From positions 22,095,474 to 22,159,473 of the forward strand of contig CM119263.1 of NCBI GenBank assembly GCA_051294375.1: a stretch of 64,000 nucleotides of DNA. Reading direction: 5' to 3'. Of the stretch, positions 13,652-24,614 are shown piece after piece; positions within the stretch are counted from its first letter, which is position 1, and the number at the start of each line of letters is the position of its first letter. A model generated the notes under the pieces. That model saw only the letters and a program-made list of their open reading frames with translations, was not told the DNA's origin and did no database searches. Source of the DNA: Paraspadella gotoi (Eukaryota > Animalia > Chaetognatha). Made by a program: the position numbers and the translations under genes.

Positions 13652-15247
13652 CTCTCTCTCACCAATCGCTCTGGTTCGGAATCCAATCAGGAAACCAAAG
13701 TTTTTGCGACATTTCGTCTTCTCACTCGAGAATCTTCGCCGCCCCATTTCCTCAGCCGAGTTTTGCGTCGGTCTCGATTTCCGGTATAGAATTTAGGCCG
13801 GATCTTTGGCCGGATCTTTGGCCTGATCTCGACCACTCCGCTACGGGATTACTGCTGAGATTCCCCATCAGATTCTCGGAATCTGGGACTTGAGTTTACG
13901 TCGTGAGAGCCTGAGGACCTGAGAGACTGGACTGCCACTCGGAGTAGTCTTTGCTTTTTGAAATTTTCTGTATTTTACAAAAAAGATACATTTGAAAAAG
14001 AGTGAAATTAATTTGTGATTCTGGGTTCTCCTAATTGGGAAATTCCCTTCTACACTCCTGTTCTCTACCATATTTAATTAAATTTGTTAATTTTTGTTTA
14101 CTTTGGGCTCAGACAAAACCATTCTTAAATACATTTGTTCCGATTTTCAGGTTAGTCTTGTACGTATGTTTTTTTATCCGTCGGTAACTTCTGTCGGTTA
14201 TCTTTTGTCGGTTTTGGTCAGTAACGGCTTCGGCAATTGAAAGTGAATCGAGTGTAAGAAGAAGGCTTTGGGCCGGATGTGGTTCGTTGGTGAATGATAA
14301 AACGTTTGGTCACGTGACGTCTGTTTTCTGTTTACATTGACCGCGTTTTTGCTGAGGACCCGAAAGGATGAAACCGGTATGAAGATCCTACAATTCCTAC
14401 AATTTCCTACAATTTTTATAATTGGCAAAAATTAATAAACACTAATGCACAAAAACACGTACATGACAGACCAAAAAAATGAATAAAAGTACCCTCGTGA
14501 GTGATTATTGCTGAGTGTTGAAGCAATCTTAAAATATAAACGACCTCCACGACTTCCAAAACAATATTGAAAGAATATTAATTCTGTAACTCATATTCCC
14601 TTTTATGTAGCTTATTTTTTAAACTGCGCTTAGCTCAATTAATATCGCCAGTTGTTTCCCCCTAAAAAACCAGAGTTTCAATTGAACTGTCAACTGAGTC
14701 TGAACTCGTTAAAACCGTCAAATCCAAACTTCGCTTTCTCTTTTTCTTCGCAAGAATCGATTCCATAAATTAAAAACTTTGCCCTTCATTTTTACCCTCG
14801 GGTCATTAGCGGGCGAGGGGCGAAATTAAAGTGCCGGAAAGAAAAGGCGCCTGAAATTAAAGCGCCGGAAAAGAAAAGTGCCGGGAGATAAAAAAAATGA
14901 CGGAAAAGAGAAGTAGCAAATGCCAGAACGAGAAATGCCGTTGGCTAAAAAAAAATATATATGACTGAAGGTATAGTGTGTGTATAAAATATTAGCATTA
15001 AAAAAAAAAGAATTTCAAAATTCAAAAGATATACAGTATCGGAAACTAGAATGTTGTAAGAATGTACATGGGAATACTTTTCCATTTATAGGAATGGCTT
15101 AGTATATATAGAGAGTTGCCTGGATGTCTGGCTATTGCCCATTTTAGCAATTTTTTCCAAAAAATAATCTTAAACCACTAAAAAATTGGGTCAAAATTTT
15201 TTTTTAAAAACTTGCATAGCTCTATTATACTTTAAATTTTTTTCTTA
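13341..15247 (+). repeat. Direct duplicate of ~10060-12050, ending at an N25 gap
   Basis: ctcgtaag(a)tatcaatctctcttcc at 10061 and 13343; collinear to the tttttctta at ~12049 and 15247; indel-type differences. Confidence 0.92.
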
Positions 15248-15272
15248 NNNNNNNNNNNNNNNNNNNNNNNNN

Positions 15273-17233
15273 TACATTAAATGAAAACTTTTTGGCACAG
15301 GTCAAAATTTTTTTAAAAAATCAATTGTCAATCCACAAAAATATTATTGCAAATAATGTTATTCTTTGCCTATAAATCAGTTAAAACATATTTAAAATAA
15401 GCCTAAAGCAAAAAATTTTCTCAACATTTTTAAAAACTCATTTGCATATTGTTGCATTTTATATTTTTTAAATTTTTTCAAATAAAAGTAATCCATTTTT
15501 TGCAATTTTTGCGTACAAAGATAATAGATAATCAGACCTTTAAAAATATACCATCAAACCTAATTTTTTAATTAAATTTCAAATATTTTAATGTATTTTA
15601 AATATTACTAAAAATTAGGTTTTAATAAGCATTCTGCTAAACTTTTTCAAAGTGGGCATCATTGAAAAGGGCAACTCAAGGATTCCAAATATATAATTTT
15701 TTTACCAAATGTAATGTCCCAAAGCTGAGATAATTCTTTCCAAAGTGCTCAAAATTGAAAAAAACACTACTTTTTAATTGTTAATAAAATGCGACTATGA
15801 TAGTTTTGTTTCAATACTTGGTAACTAGGTCAAGAATTGTTCATATTTTGGTATCGAAGAAATTCTGAAAATGTCAACAAACAAAAATGAAGAAACATCA
15901 ATTGTTTGAAACATTGATGACTGAAATTTAAAGCAAAAAAGTAAGAAACTTATCTCGTGTATTTCTCGTAACATGACATAACATGACGTGACATGACCAG
16001 ACATGACATAGCATTACTACTATGACTGCAATAACTTTCTTAGCCCGTGTATTTATGACACGCCATTGCGTCGGAATTTCGTCTTTTGTTCTTATATATT
16101 TGAGGATTTCCAGAAGGCGGCGCTAGCAGTCCCTTAGATTTGAGGTTTTTCCGGATCTCTCTCTTTTAAAATTTTGCTAACTTGTACTCAAGAGAGTGTG
16201 TTAACTTCTGTAGAAATATTGTTATTATCAAAAAGTTTTTTCCATATTTATCAGTGCTGATATTTTAGATGGGTCATTTTTTCAATGATGCATAACTTCC
16301 TTATTCGTGAATATTATGGTTTTAAATTTTAATAAAAGGTGGGCCTTGGGTAGTCCTGCAATACATATAAATGAAAAACTTTTTGGCACAGGTCAAAATT
16401 TTTTTTAAAAAATTCAATTGTCAATCCACAAAAATATTATTGCAAATAATGTTATTCTTTGCCTATAAATCAGTTAAAACATATTTAAAATAAGCCTAAA
16501 GCAAAAAATTTTTCTCAACATTTTTAAAAACTCATTTGCATATTGTTGCATTTTATATTTTTTTAAATTTTTTCAAATAAAAGTAATCCATTTTTTGCAA
16601 TTTTTGGTACAAAGATAATAGATAATCAGACCTTTAAAAATATACCATCAAACCTAATTTTTAATAAATTTCAAATATTTTTAATGTATTTTAAATATTA
16701 CTAAAAATTAGGATTTTAATAAGCATTCTGCTAACTTTTTCAAAGTGGGCATCATTGAAAAGAGGGCAACTCAAGGATTCCAAATATATAATTTTTTTAC
16801 CAAATTTAATGTCCCAAAGCTGAGATAATTCTTTCCAAAGTGCTCAAAAATTGAAAAAAACACTACTTTTTAATTGTTAATAAAAATGCGACTATGATAG
16901 TTTTGTTTCAATACTTGGTAACTAGGTCAAGAATTGTTCATATTTTGTGGTATCGAAGAAATTCTGAAAATGTCAACAACAAAAATGAAGAAACATCAAT
17001 TGTATTGAAACATTGATGACTGAAATTTAAAGCAAAAAAGTAAGAAAACTTATCTCGTGTATTTCTCGTAACATGACATAACATGACGTGACATGACCAG
17101 ACATGACATAGCATTACTACATGACTGCAATAACTTTCTTAGCCCGTGTATTTATGACACGCCATTGCGTCGGAATTTCGTCTTTTGTTCTTTATATTTT
17201 GAGGATTTCCAGAAGGCGGCGCTAGCAGTCCCT
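15273..17233 (+). repeat. Tandem duplicate: 15273-~16155 matches ~16362-17233+; 16160-16372 also matches 13125-13340
   Basis: Shared aaatgaaaac(t)ttttggcacaggtcaaaa through gctagcagtcccttagatttgagg; aaaattttgctaacttgtactcaagag occurs at ~13135 and ~16169. Confidence 0.92.
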
Positions 17234-17390
17234 TAGATTTGAGGTTTTTTCCGGTCTTAACTAATGAACAACCAAGTTATTAAGTGGGACAGATCGACGG
17301 ACGGACATATCTATAGACCGACCGACCGACAGACCGACCGAAAAGTGACTTATAGAGTTGCTCCGCGAGTACTCGCGGCGCAATTAAAAA
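17040..17390 (-). mobile_element. Helentron-associated / DINE-1-like non-autonomous element (HINE family A); left boundary approximate
   Basis: The minus strand begins TTTTTAATTGCG, then the perfect palindrome ccgcgagtactcgcgg (17363-17378), AGCAACTCTATAAGTCAC and a (GTCG)n microsatellite; an (ACATG)n tract lies near the far end. Related copies at 4107-4395 and 5970-6183. Confidence 0.6.
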
Positions 17391-17745
17391 GTCGGAACAG
17401 CGAACACTCTACAGTATACACTTGACAAAAAGACCGATAGCGCCGCCTTCAGTATTCAGCAAATGCAAAAGACGAAAGCTGGAAAATAAAAGCGTCGTCG
17501 CCGATCGCTCTTTCTCTCCCGATTCTGAAAAAAAAATCACCCAATGAAATGTTCTTTCTTTTTTTTTTCTTTTTCGATTTCTTTGGCGGAAACGAACTGT
17601 TTGGGATTTCAAACTCGTTTGGGGAGAAAAAAAGAGGGTTTTTTTGTTGCCTCTTTTCTGATCTGACTGATTGATTGACGGACAGTTTTTTTTTTCACCA
17701 AATTAAGACCAAATGGTTTCGCTTATTTTCTCTTATTTTCCCTTA

Positions 17746-17926
17746 TTTTTAGTCTGATCTGCTTATCAGCAGATTCCGACTCTATAATCCAATTTGTCGG
17801 TCCGTCGGTCCCCCCCCCAAATCTTGTCGGGGAATCACTTAAATAATTATAATAATTATGATAAATTGTGCATATTATCGCTTAATTATCGTTGGCAGAT
17901 CCGACATTATTTGCTCAAACTTGTTT
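17746..17926 (+). mobile_element. Small HINE-like element (family B)
   Basis: tttttAGTC-tg-ATCTGCT-tatc-AGCAGAT-tcc-GACT hairpin, CTATAA, gtcggtccgtcggtc microsatellite seed, a subterminal repeat gcagatccgac near 17895 and a cttgttt end; same layout as family A. Confidence 0.5.
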
Positions 17927-17973
17927 ATCTACCCCTCTCTTTTACTAGTTCTTAATCTTACTTTCTCTTTCTT

Positions 17974-18015
<42 letters not shown>

Positions 18016-18258
18016 CTTTTCTTTTTTCCTTTTTATTTTTTTTTGTTTTTCCCCTTTTTTCTTTTCCCATTCCCATTCACTCGCGCGCCATTCTTTAGAT
18101 TCCTCCGCTCAATTTCATTTTAATCTTTTGATTGAGGAGTTTAAAAAAAGTTCTACAGCCTCACGCCATTTACTCACCACTAGTGCATAGCAAACGTGAA
18201 ACTTTAAATCACTCTAACGTGTGCGTGTGTGAAGGTCTCTCTCGTTTTCCTTTCTCGC

Positions 18259-18261
<3 letters not shown>

Positions 18262-18349
<88 letters not shown>

Positions 18350-18456
18350 TTCCTTTCTCTCTTTCTCCCTCTCTTTCCACATTTTTGCCCTTTCCCACGC
18401 TTGGTTTCAATGTTTCTATCTTTTGAATTTTCTCTCTCTCATTCTCTCGCTCTCTC

Positions 18457-18531
<75 letters not shown>

Positions 18532-18550
18532 CCTCTCCTCTCGCTCTCTC
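18262..18550. repeat. (CT)n microsatellite cluster
   Basis: Long (ct)n runs. Other (CT/AG)n tracts at ~10333-10450, 13608-13660, 17976-18010, 18963-19023, 24801-24910, 28033-28111, 51598-51639 and 58221-58337. Confidence 0.95.
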
Positions 18551-18960
18551 TTATATTCCGTCGTGATCAGAATAAAAGTTACAGAATGACAGCTTCTAAA
18601 TTCCATGGGACAGATTCGAGAAAATGGGATCGAAGGTTGTCGCGCGGGAGCGATGGATTCTGGCGCGTGCGAGGGGGTTCAGAGAGAGAGAGAGAGACAG
18701 AGAGAGAGAGAGACAGAGACAGAGAGAACGATCGTGAGCAGTGAAGGCCGCGTGAGAGGGGAGAAATCTTGAGCAGAGCGGAGTGACTGACCTTTTTCGT
18801 GCCAAAGAAAAAGTCTGCTCCCGACGGTTTTTAAATCGGAGTTTGAATTCAAGATTCGGTTTAGGTTTTAGTCCCAGTTGTGATGTTTTCGATGAGAGTT
18901 GTAGTTTAATACTTTATTTGCTATTTTTCCTGGAATTAATTTTCCAGGAATTAATTTTCG

Positions 18961-19024
<64 letters not shown>

Positions 19025-19244
19025 ATATGTAAACAATAAAGTTTACCTTTTTTTTAAATACCCAGTTTGTACTTGAAGCATTCATTATTATCTCGCCAGA
19101 CGGGCTTAAGCCTCATCTGATTCATCAAAAAAGGAGTTCTGCTCTCCAGCGGTTAAACTTTTTTTTTCTTTTTTTTTCTTTCTTTCTCTCTCTCTCTCTT
19201 TCTTTCTCTCTCTCACTCATACACGCTTTTGTTTGTTTTATTTA

Positions 19245-19435
19245 TGATGAATGATTCATCGTGTCAATAAATGATTATTATCGCATCAATGAATGACTAT
19301 CATCACTTCAATGAATAATTATCATCATATCAATGAATTACTATTACATCAATCAATCAATTACTATTGCAACAATCAATTACTATTACATCAATCAATT
19401 ACTATTAAATCAATAATTTGTTATCGCATCAATCA
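19245..19435 (+). repeat. 18-21-bp minisatellite (atcaat[g/c]aattactattac) upstream of lectin 1
   Basis: About nine degenerate units visible by eye. Confidence 0.8.
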
Positions 19436-19852
19436 TTTTTTTGTTTTGTTTTTTCATTAATTTTCTGGCGAGATCACTATACTTTTAAGATTTTATTTTT
19501 TAAAAGTTTGCACATTCGATAAGCACAATTTGATCAAACAATTTTAGTGTTTTTTTCAACAGGCGTCAAGAAATAAATGATTGACATGTCGATTCATCAA
19601 TCTCTGTAAACCCTTTTTCTTTTTCTCATTTATTTAATGAAAAATACTTAAAATGATTAAACACAAACATAGAGTGACGTGATTTTTTATTAAAAACCTC
19701 ACGTGATCATTTGTTTGCTTCAAAGGAGAGGCGCTACCGTTTTTTCTCCATAAAAATTCGATCGATCTTTTCTCCTGTGCACTTTTGGCTCGAAGTTTTT
19801 TTTGTTTTTTTTGTTCTTTTATTTTCTCTGGTTTTTTTTCTTTCCGCAACAA

Positions 19853-20845
19853 ATGTGGTTAACGGCGACTTTGTCGGTGGTGGCTGCGCTGGCCTCGGTG
19901 GCGTCGGCCTTCGAAACCTGCCAGGGAGTCTGCGTCTCTAGAGCCTTTCAAAGCGTGGAGGAAAAACTGGGCCACTTGGAACAGAAGCTCAACGATCTCG
20001 ATGCCAGCGGGGCAGCCGAAAGGTAAGTTTATTTTTTATTTAATGACATGCCACGTTACTGACATCTAAAATTTGCTGTCAGTGAATGATTTCCAAGGAT
20101 CTAATTTCCATTTAGGCCATAATTTTTATTTTAATCGTAAAAGACTTAAAAGACTTAATATATTCTTTAATTTTATCAATAAACAACCAGGACTTCCATG
20201 GACCACCTCGTAAATCTATTTTCCGGACCGCCGCGAGGATTCTTCTGCCCAGCGTCTCGTCCGCAGAGCTGCTACATGTTCGTGGAGGACAAGACGGGTT
20301 GGTTCGAGGCTTTCCAACGCTGCGGAGAAATGGGATCCCATCTCGTCTTCATCGAAGATCAACACGAGATGGACTTCCTCAGGGAACAGATCGACTACAG
20401 GGCTACGGGAAACGACCCGTGGTGGATCGGAGCTTCCGACATGGGTACGGCTTTCGACGAACAATGATGCTATCTGGCTGTGTTGCGAATCGTTGTTGAC
20501 TATTTTTGGTTGTTCTGTTCGTCTGTCTGTGTGTCTATAAGGAAATGTCTTTCAAAGTAAAGTTAACTCATAATATCTAATTTGAAAAAAAGTAATTATG
20601 TATGTTATAAAATGGCATTATAATTGCTTAACCGCTATTTAATACTAGGTCACCACGGTCATTACACTTGGAGATCCGCCGACGGAGAAAAAGACGTGAC
20701 CTACACATTCTGGGACAACGGACAACCGGACGACAACCAGGGCAAAGAGCACTGGGCGGAAATCTGGAACGCAAACAGGAGGTGGAACGATGCCACGGCC
20801 GACTTCAAAGGAGGGCGCTTCATCTGCGAATACGACAAACAATGA
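19853..20845 (+). CDS. Secreted C-type lectin 1 (QPD/WND CTLD with N-terminal CxxxC + coiled coil); exons 19853-20022, 20191-20444, 20649-20845; 206 aa
   Basis: Manual splicing gives one uninterrupted 621-nt frame: donor AG|gtaagt at 20023, acceptor aaccag|G at 20190 (phase 2), donor G|gtacgg at 20445, acceptor actag|GT at 20648 (phase 1), stop TGA 20843-20845. Protein: signal-like MWLTATLSVVAALASVASA, ETCQGVC, heptads VEEKLGHLEQKLNDL, then CTLD hallmarks SCYMF, WFEAFQRC, HLVFIED, WWIGASD, YTFWDNGQPDD, WND, RFICE. Confidence 0.93.
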
Positions 20846-21245
20846 GAAGCTTGAATTAAATAGTAATTGAATGCTAAATTTATACATGAATATTTCTCGC
20901 AAATATAGTTTAAATTTCATGAAGCTTCATTCGTTTTGTGGGAAAAAAATAGTTCAAGATGTAGAGGTAGTATTTCATACCCCGTTACTCGTCCGCGAAT
21001 CAGCAGCACCTTTGGCGCCGGAGGTAGCACGAGCTCCTCCCAACCCAAAGGAATCGCGTTCGCGCCCTCCTGATTAACACAAGTAAAAGCGGGACGGGGT
21101 GTCTAACCCACCTGGAGGGACCTTGTGTGCAACGGACGGTGAACTGCTCGCGGCATCGTCTTCCACAAAAAACTTAAGATAAGTTACCTAATTTTCGGCA
21201 TATGTTGTCTAAGAAATTACTTGTCTCGCTCTCTCTTTTTTCGCT

Positions 21246-21418
21246 TATGGTGGACCGTTTATCAGCGGCCATTAGTGCAGGAGGCAAGTCATTCGACTCC
21301 CAATCAAGAGGTCCTGGGTTCTAGCCCGGTGGTCGCCTTGCTTAACCCGCCTGAACATGGTGTTACGTCCTGATCCGAGGCTCAGGGACTGCTTATACTT
21401 AATAATAAAAAAAAAATT
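21246..21418 (+). mobile_element. tRNA-derived SINE-like element (degenerate tRNA head 21265-21336, body, A-rich tail)
   Basis: 72-nt cloverleaf-like head: acceptor stem GCGGCCA/TGGTCGC, A-box-like TAGTGCAGGAGG, anticodon arm TTCGA-CTCCCAA-TCAAG (CCC), B-box GGTTCTAGCCC with a T-loop one base short and a poor D-stem. Followed by a ~60-nt body and taataataaaaaaaaaa. A diverged copy lies at 2981-3191; artefactual copies lie at ~37285-37450 and ~48519-48684. Confidence 0.7.
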
Positions 21419-23337
21419 GAATGAAAATTGGAACACTTGTAAAAAGTTGTAATGATATCACAATCAATTAAAAAGATTCAAATCCGCAATCATGATCTTC
21501 TCTAAGTTCTCAGTGAAGGCGGCATATACTTTTGGGACCGCACCCGTTAGGAATGCTGTCATTTCTGTCCTTATTGTTGCAGGTTGACAGTTATAGAGGA
21601 GATGCGTGGAACATTTTTCTCTTGTATTCTACATTTTCATCAATCAGGGGGATTGCAGTCAGAAAAACTGCGCGACCAAAAGTCAGAATTTGCTTAAATT
21701 TGCCAAAATTTGCTTAAATTTTGAAAGGAAGCGGCGAGAAGAATTTCGACATGTTATACAAAAAGCATCATTTACAGTAATTGCTGTTAGATTTTCCAGA
21801 CGTTTTTGATATCGATCCAAAAAAAATTTAACTTAGTTTCCAAATATAGTCCCTTTTTTCTTCTATCATAAACCGTTTTGGTGCCCTAATTTTTTAGGGG
21901 CTTCTAAAGAAAATGTTTGACATTCTCATCATTGATTATCAACATAAGTGGCCAGCGCAAGATTTTCATACATTAAAATATGTTTAAATAAATATATATC
22001 CTGTTGTAAAAACAAAAAAATATGTATTTAAGGTGAAGGTCGATACTGCATTCCAAAAATCTTATAAAAAAGGGCAGGCTTCAAAGGGAACCTCAAAAGG
22101 GATTTACCTAAATCCAAACAGTGAGAAAAACACGAAAATCTTGTCAGAAATGATTGACGTAAAATTTAATCCAAACATTTTTTTAGAAAATTTTAAATCC
22201 GTTATATTTGAACAATTTTTCCCCCTCCGTTCATGTTGGTTTTGTTTGAATCTCAAAATAGAACCCATGAGACAAAGTGACAAGAAAGAAATCTCTGCCA
22301 TTCTGTATATTTTATATTTTATATAGAGACATAAAGACGATAAATCTCCCAATTCCCTGCGACCTGAGACCATTTTTTTTAAGTAGACCCTTTTTGAAGT
22401 TCTTATGCAGGTGGGTGTGTTCCTATGAAGGGCGTGTCTCTAACTCAATACGTATTAGGTTGAATTATTGTTGTGGCTGTAAAAGTTATGTGAGGGATGG
22501 GTAATTGGGTATTATAGCAGAAAAGAAAAAAAGAAAAAAAATTTAAAGAAAGAAAGAAAAAACAGTGAAAGGCAAAAAGAAAAAAATAAGAAAGAAAAAA
22601 CAAACAAAGAAAAAAATAGAAAAAAAGAAAACAATTGAAAGAAAGAAAGCGTAGTAAATAAAGAGAGACAAAGTGAGTTACCAAGGATTCAAATTTAAAA
22701 ATTTTGGGTAAACAAGGGGAAAGAAGGGCCGCGTATTTGATCAATTGACTACCGAATCAGTTCTATTGACTCGAATATTTCTTTGCCTATGTTCATTGAT
22801 TGATAATAATACTACACGTACATACGTAGCTGGTTTTTTTCTTTTCTTTTTTTCACTTTACAAAATAGAATGAAGGCAATGTCTTTAAATTTGGAGAATA
22901 TAAAATCACGAAAGTCTTTTTGTTTGTTTTTAATAATAAAACTTCGCTGTTGTCGAAACAAAAGATTTTCGTTATTCTAAATCCAAACGCAACGAAATTG
23001 TAAGAAATTCACACAATTTAGGAATTAGCAACTTGCCGATTAATTTAATTAAAAAGTGCGCTAGATCTGGATCGCCGACCCACGACGCCGCGTCTATTCT
23101 TTTTTCTTTTCTTTCTTTTTTGGGAGCCATTACTTCTTTAAACTCAAACAACTCAATGTCAACTTCCTTATTTCCTTTCAACCTGTCACCTCAGGATTTG
23201 TTCACTTAAAAAGGTGAATGTCTTCCTCCCCTACTAATAAATTAGGGGCGACTCTTGTATTCTCGACACAATCGTCAAAGAACGATTTCCGCGCTCTTTC
23301 CTCACTTTTTTGCGACTTTTCTAATTTTTTCCTCAAA

Positions 23338-24614
23338 ATGTGGTTGACGGCGACTTTGACGATTGTGGCGGCGATGGCGGCGTCGCCAACGGCGTCGGAA
23401 ATATGCCACGGCGTCTGCGTCTCGGCGGCAATGGCGGAGCTCAACACCAAACTGGACAACATAGAAAGGGAGCAGAGGACCGTCGAAGGAATCACACAGT
23501 GAGGTTTTTTTTATTTGTTTTTTTTTTTTTTAATATTGAAGTATTGAACTATTCAGGAACAGATTAACCTTTAAATTTACAGAAGATCTGGTAACATTTT
23601 ATCGTAGAATATACAATTGTACATAATAATTCGCTCAAGCGATTTACAATTACGAGACGGCCTTTTTTCGCATCTTTCACCACCCATATCCAAAATTCTG
23701 AAAGGCTCTTCTCGGAAACGCTGACCCAGCACCTCAACAGGCCGCCTCCGGGCTTTTTCTGCCCGCCCTCTCAGCCAAAGAGTTGCTACATGGTCGTGGA
23801 GACTCCGATGAGATGGTTCGCCGCTGACACGTACTGCATGGAAAAGGGAGGCCATCTCGTTTTTGTTGAGAGCGAGGCTGAACATCAATTTCTCAAGTTG
23901 GAAGTGGAGAAGAGGGAACACGGCAATGACGGATGGTGGATCGGACTCTCAGACATGGGTAGGTCATAAAAGACATTGTCAGTTAGACCGGATATGTTAT
24001 CAAAATTTCAAGATTACTTGCTTAACTGATTTAAAGTTTATTATTTTAAAAATAATCAATGTATCATGAATTATGTATGTAAAAGGAGCATTTTGAAAAA
24101 AAAGTAGCGGCATTATCATTAATAGTCGGATATTAGTCGGTTTTAACCATTTATGTGGCACCTTTTTTTCTGGAGCGTAAAAAAATCAAAAAATCAAAAA
24201 ATCAAAAAATCGTGAATTGAAGTGACAGTCCTGTCCAAAGAGTAAAAAATATATTTAAAGAGAAGCCATGAGTTATTACATATTACCTAAGCAATACTGT
24301 TAGAGAGTCTTGATTGAAAGCGTGTCGGATCTTGCTTTGCTATTATATTGTAAGAAGGATGGCGGCCAGTATAGCTTGTTTATTTAATTAATGAACAATT
24401 TTAATTTGGGTTTATACCAGACAATCATGGGACCTTCAGCTGGTATTCCGCCACCGAAGTCAAACCGTTGGAATGGAGCAATTGGGACATCAATCAACCG
24501 GACAACATCAACGGAAAAGAGCATTTTGGGGAGATGTGGATGGCGAATAAAAAATGGAACGATCGCTACTTGGATTGGGACAACAGATTCATTTGTGAAT
24601 TCGATAAAGAATGA
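23338..24614 (+). CDS. Secreted C-type lectin 2 (tandem paralogue); exons 23338-23498, 23705-23958, 24421-24614; 202 aa
   Basis: Same intron phases (2, 1) and the same exon-2 length (254 nt) as lectin 1. Donors CA|gtgagg (23499) and G|gtaggt (23959); acceptors gaaag|G (23704) and taccag|AC (24420); stop TGA 24612-24614. Protein MWLTATLTIVAAMAASPTASEICHGVC...PPPGFFCPPSQPKSCYMV...WFAADTYC...HLVFVES...WWIGLSDMD...WSNWDINQPDNINGKEHFGEMWMANKKWNDRYLDWDNRFICEFDKE. The coding frames of exons 2 and 3 are not in the supplied ORF track. Confidence 0.92.

Noticed and set aside
17858-19076. Numerous ORFs with LSLSLS or ERERER tracts (here and throughout the window)
   Set aside because: They are translations of (CT/AG)n microsatellites, which lack stop codons; no coding signal.
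19245-19435. CRISPR-like array (also 62161-62262 and 11621-11692)
   Set aside because: Tandem degenerate units without unique spacers, eukaryotic context, no cas genes.
21265-21336. Functional tRNA-Gly(CCC) gene
   Set aside because: Poor D-stem, shortened T-loop, a mismatch in the anticodon stem, no T-run terminator, and embedded in a longer dispersed repeat with an A tail; better explained as a SINE head.
19853-24614. Bacterial contamination as the source of the Cys-poor CTLDs
   Set aside because: Both genes have two GT-AG introns at conserved positions, retain the outer disulphide pair and sit in eukaryotic repeat-rich DNA.
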